A stretch of 64,000 nt of DNA from Magnetococcales bacterium. GTDB lineage: Bacteria > Pseudomonadota > Magnetococcia > Magnetococcales > UBA8363. The position numbers were made by a program, and so were the translations under genes. The stretch is from contig PEAK01000002.1 of NCBI GenBank assembly GCA_002753515.1, forward strand, positions 65,696 to 129,695, read 5' to 3'. The notes beneath the pieces were generated by a model, which saw only the letters and a program-made list of their open reading frames with translations, had not been told where the DNA came from and searched no databases. Of the stretch, positions 60,978 through 64,000 are shown piece after piece (the first letter of the stretch is position 1; each line of letters begins with the position of its first letter).

Positions 60978-63676
60978 GACTTATCGTTCTCCAAATCCAT
61001 GTTCAATGCCTTGGCTAAGTCAGAGAGAGTAGCCGAAGCCGCAGAAAAATCGATCCGATCAATCTGCTCTTCCAACTGTTCCATCGCTTCCTGGACACCC
61101 TTCTTCCCAATCATCATATGGGGTTTGAGGGCATCAAAAGTATCCTGAGTTTCCACGGCCCCCAAGCCTATTTGTGCATACAGTGTTTGCAGCAGGGGGG
61201 ATACAACGGCTTTGTTGAACGTTTTTGCCACCTCTGGTACGCCAAGTGAATTTCCTTTTGTCTTCTCCCACTCACGTTGCAGTCGCGAGATGGTTTCCAA
61301 AACCTCGGACATGGCTTCCTCGAAAGAATCCATGCCGCTTGGCATGTGATCCTGCGATCCGGCGATTGCTTTTTCCAAGGTCAGTGCGGCGTTGTAGAGG
61401 CGCTGGGCGGCAATGTTACCCGCAATTCCCTTGATGGTGTGAAGCAGACGGGCTGCTGCCAGGATCCTGTCCTCCTGCTCGCTCTGCAATCCATCACGAA
61501 TTTGTCCGGCTGACTGGGCATAATTTTTATGAAACTCAGTGAGCAGGGAGCGATAAAGCCGGTGGTTACCGGAAAGGCGTTCCATGGCGTCCTGCCAATC
61601 GAGGCCAGGCAAGCTTTGCGGAAAATCCAACCCATCGTTCCTTGGCGTCTCTGTTTTCCCGGGAGGGATCACCATCCCCAATCCCTCACGGGGGATGATT
61701 CTTTTGACCAGGGTACTGTAAAGTTGCCTCCTGTCAATGGGCTTGGTGATATGATCATCCATTCCAGCCTGCAAACTTTTTTGCCGGTCACCCGCCATGG
61801 CATGCGCTGTCATGGCGACAATGGGGAGGGTCTCTTTTCCTGGCAATTCACGGATACAACGCGTTGCCCGGTAGCCATCCATGACCGGCATCTGGATGTC
61901 CATCAGGACGATATCATACATGTTGTCGGTCACTTTGCTGACCGCCTCCATCCCGTCCTGGGCCGTATCCGTCACACAGCCCACTTCCTGTAACAATTCC
62001 AGGGCCACTTGGCGGTTGATGGCATTGTCTTCGACCAGCAATACCCGCGCACCGCCAATTTTTGCCATGACGTCGGCAGTATGGATGGTTTTCTTGCTGC
62101 GGCGAATTGTTTTGGTGGCTTGCCGTCCGAAGGTGTTCATGATTTTATCGAACAGGATCGAACAATTGACCGGCTTGGGGAGATAGTCATTCACGCCAAC
62201 CGCTCTTCCCTGGCTCCGCAACTGTTCTTCACGGTCGTAGGGGCCCAGGAGCAGCGTTTGATAAGGTGCCCTGGGTGGAATGTGTTCTTTGAGGTGCTGC
62301 GCCGTTTGAATGCCGTCCATCTCTGGCATGAGCCAATCCAGCAATACCAATTGGAACGGGGCGTTTTCGGCAATGGCTTGTTGAAAAGCGGCGACAGCCT
62401 CTTTTCCGGAACCGACGACCGTCGGGGCGAAACCAAACATGGCGAGAACTTTTTCCATGGCCCGGCGTGCCGTTGCATTGTCATCAACCACCAGGACTTT
62501 GAGTCGTTCCATTTCATCGGGAATGCTCAAATCCTTGTCCATGTCGCCAATAATGCGATCAAAGCCAATGGTGAAACGGAACAGGCTACCGCGACCCGGG
62601 GTGGAGGTGACGCCGATGGTCCCGCCCATCAACGCCACCAATTTTTTGCTGATGGAAAGACCCAGACCGGTACCTCCATAGCGGCGGGTGACCGAGGAGT
62701 CCGCCTGGGAAAATGCTTGAAAAAGCATTTCCAACTCGCTTTCCGACATGCCGATGCCGGTATCACGAACGCTGAATTGCAGATGAACCCGGGTTGGCGA
62801 TTCCTGGAGGGTGGTGACCTGGACCTCGATTTCACCCTCTTCGGTAAACTTTAAGGCATTGCCAACCAAGTTCATGAGAATTTGTTCCAAGCGCAGCAAG
62901 TCGCCGATCAGTTCGTAGCGGCACTCTTCCGAATAACACAGGATCAGCTCAATATGTTTCTCGGTGGTTTGGATGCGAAACATGTCGGCCAGATGATCAA
63001 AGGCGTCACGTAACAGGAATGGTGCCTGTTCCAACTCCAGTTTTCCCGCGTCTATCTTGGAAAAATCAAGAACATCATTGATAATACGTAATAATGATTG
63101 TGATGAATGGGAAATTTTGCCCAAATAATCGCGTACCTTGGGCGGCAGTTCCATCCGCAGGGCCAAATCGGACAAACCGATGATGGCATTCATCGGCGTG
63201 CGAATTTCATGACTCATGTTGGCGATGAATTCACTCTTATATTGATTGATCTCCTGCAATTGAGCGGTTATGCGTTGCAATTCCTCCCGTTGCCGTTTGA
63301 TCAATACTTGATTGTTGACCCGGGTCATGACCGCAAACGGATTGAAAGGCTTGGTGATATAATCGATGGCCCCGTGCGCCAATCCCAAGGCTTCATCATG
63401 GGCGCTGTCGCGGGCGGTCAGGAAAATGATGGCAATGTCCCGGGTTTCCTCCTTGGCTTTGAGCCGCATGCAGACGTCGAATCCGTTCAAATGCGGCATC
63501 TCAATGTCCAGGAGGAGTACATCGGGTTGGAATTGCGTGACCACCTCCAAAGCTTCCAACCCATCGGTAGCAATGGCAATTTCATACTCCACTGCCAACA
63601 TTTCCACCAACATTTTAATATTGCCGGGAGAATCTTCCGCGATGACGATTTTGGCTTTGGATGTCGTGGTCGACAT
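60974..63676 (-). CDS. Hybrid histidine kinase, paralog of 48509-51361: REC - coiled coil - HisKA - HATPase - REC-like - REC - Hpt - C-terminal helical tail
   Basis: KIVIAEDSPGNIKM...LLDIEMPHLNGFDV; [18 protein letters not shown]; DTGIGM...[10 protein letters not shown]; [12 protein letters not shown]...MDIQMPVMDG; Hpt LLHTIKGIAGN. Confidence 0.85.
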   Translation of the reverse strand: MSTTTSKAKIVIAEDSPGNIKMLVEMLAVEYEIAIATDGLEALEVVTQFQPDVLLLDIEMPHLNGFDVCMRLKAKEETRDIAIIFLTARDSAHDEALGLAHGAIDYITKPFNPFAVMTRVNNQVLIKRQREELQRITAQLQEINQYKSEFIANMSHEIRTPMNAIIGLSDLALRMELPPKVRDYLGKISHSSQSLLRIINDVLDFSKIDAGKLELEQAPFLLRDAFDHLADMFRIQTTEKHIELILCYSEECRYELIGDLLRLEQILMNLVGNALKFTEEGEIEVQVTTLQESPTRVHLQFSVRDTGIGMSESELEMLFQAFSQADSSVTRRYGGTGLGLSISKKLVALMGGTIGVTSTPGRGSLFRFTIGFDRIIGDMDKDLSIPDEMERLKVLVVDDNATARRAMEKVLAMFGFAPTVVGSGKEAVAAFQQAIAENAPFQLVLLDWLMPEMDGIQTAQHLKEHIPPRAPYQTLLLGPYDREEQLRSQGRAVGVNDYLPKPVNCSILFDKIMNTFGRQATKTIRRSKKTIHTADVMAKIGGARVLLVEDNAINRQVALELLQEVGCVTDTAQDGMEAVSKVTDNMYDIVLMDIQMPVMDGYRATRCIRELPGKETLPIVAMTAHAMAGDRQKSLQAGMDDHITKPIDRRQLYSTLVKRIIPREGLGMVIPPGKTETPRNDGLDFPQSLPGLDWQDAMERLSGNHRLYRSLLTEFHKNYAQSAGQIRDGLQSEQEDRILAAARLLHTIKGIAGNIAAQRLYNAALTLEKAIAGSQDHMPSGMDSFEEAMSEVLETISRLQREWEKTKGNSLGVPEVAKTFNKAVVSPLLQTLYAQIGLGAVETQDTFDALKPHMMIGKKGVQEAMEQLEEQIDRIDFSAASATLSDLAKALNMDLENDKS

Positions 63677-63685
63677 AAATTCACC

Positions 63686-64000
63686 CTACAGGTTCATGTG
63701 TAATTTTCCAGCCAGACCCCTCAAGGTAACCCGGGCAGCCTTGAAACCATAACGGTCCATTTCCTCCTGCAGTTGCTTGCATTCTTGTGTGAATCCCCCA
63801 CGCAGCAACAAAGGTTTGATCGCGTCAAAACTTACCACGGCATCCACCTTGGCCTGCTTCAGAAGGTCATCCAAATCCACCAGGGCGGTCCGTACCATTT
63901 CCAATTCCCCGATGGTCAAAGGAGCGACCACAGCCGTTTCCTCAACGCTGACCAATGGTTCCAGGGCAGAAACCGCAGCGACAACCTCCTGCATGTGTAA
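63686..64000 (-). CDS. 3' end of a gene continuing beyond the window; it encodes the same C-terminal helical tail found on the two hybrid kinases
   Basis: The frame stays open to position 64000. SFDAIKPLLLRGGFTQECKQLQEEMDRYGFKAARVTLRGLAGKLHMNL aligns with TFDALKPHMM...IDRIDFSAASATLSDLAKALNMDL and [10 protein letters not shown]...[22 protein letters not shown]. Confidence 0.6.
   Translation of the reverse strand, partial: LHMQEVVAAVSALEPLVSVEETAVVAPLTIGELEMVRTALVDLDDLLKQAKVDAVVSFDAIKPLLLRGGFTQECKQLQEEMDRYGFKAARVTLRGLAGKLHMNL

Noticed and set aside
1-64000. tRNA, rRNA, tmRNA, CRISPR arrays, integrase or transposase genes
   Set aside because: I scanned the intergenic regions (15891-16426, 19113-19445, 21212-21343, 24561-24743, 25191-26260, 26474-26863, 30510-30631, 31451-31738, 45069-45428, 47178-47615) by eye. 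I saw no cloverleaf-type or rRNA-like sequences, no short repeat-spacer arrays, and no integrase or DDE transposase ORFs. A tRNAscan or Infernal run would be needed to be certain.

Overview
64-kb chromosomal window from a Gram-negative, proteobacterial-type genome, with about 45 credible genes. Lineage is a low-confidence guess: the IalB-like gene and an RpoH-type CTTG-N18-CTTATCT promoter hint at an alphaproteobacterial or Magnetococcus-like organism. I found no rRNA, tRNA or CRISPR array by eye.

Layout:
- (1) 5-12884: the 3' 10.6 kb of a giant two-partner-secretion exoprotein, built from 13 'NSLVG...GAVTF' repeats and 18 near-identical MBG/YDG-type repeats. It is followed by an overlapping TpsB transporter gene and an IalB-like gene.
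- (2) 12975-17014: a MITE, a stand-alone FtsK N-terminal membrane-domain gene, two tandem YfdX-like paralogs and an hsp20 gene.
- (3) 17057-24135: a small accessory metabolic cluster (LigB/YgiD-type dioxygenase, Fe-ADH, TetR, O-methyltransferase), then UDP-glucuronate decarboxylase and an Omp85-family protein.
- (4) 24276-26500: a Tyr-rich secreted peptide, a PilZ gene, and a 612-bp tandem duplication carrying MITEs and a truncated pilZ copy.
- (5) 26864-29496: yejE and yejF without yejA or yejB.
- (6) 29493-31525: an AT-rich islet with an Rpn/PD-(D/E)XK nuclease and a class-3 lipase.
- (7) 31739-36339: housekeeping genes (DHH phosphoesterase, lipA, lipB, NUDIX, DegP/Q).
- (8) 37670-43895: a tightly coupled operon of motA, a motB-like gene lacking the conserved Asp, two unusual PilZ proteins, a glycosyltransferase and a polysaccharide deacetylase.
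- (9) 44992-47434: an AT-rich 2.4-kb insertion flanked by 77-bp direct repeats, carrying a DUF4365-nuclease/TPR protein.
- (10) 47616-64000: a 16-kb, 10-gene, translationally coupled phosphorelay operon. It holds three hybrid kinases, a kinase-like protein without an ATPase domain, a REC-HATPase protein, an orphan periplasmic binding protein and a REC-GGDEF output. A CheR/CheB pair sits inside it, with no MCP, CheW or CheA.

Best candidates for an undescribed system are (10) and (8). The island in (9) is a third candidate, as a possible defence gene. c-di-GMP components recur across the window: three PilZ genes plus a pilZ pseudogene, one GGDEF protein and one DHH/DHHA1 protein.

All domain calls come from reading motifs in the translations. 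No database search was run.
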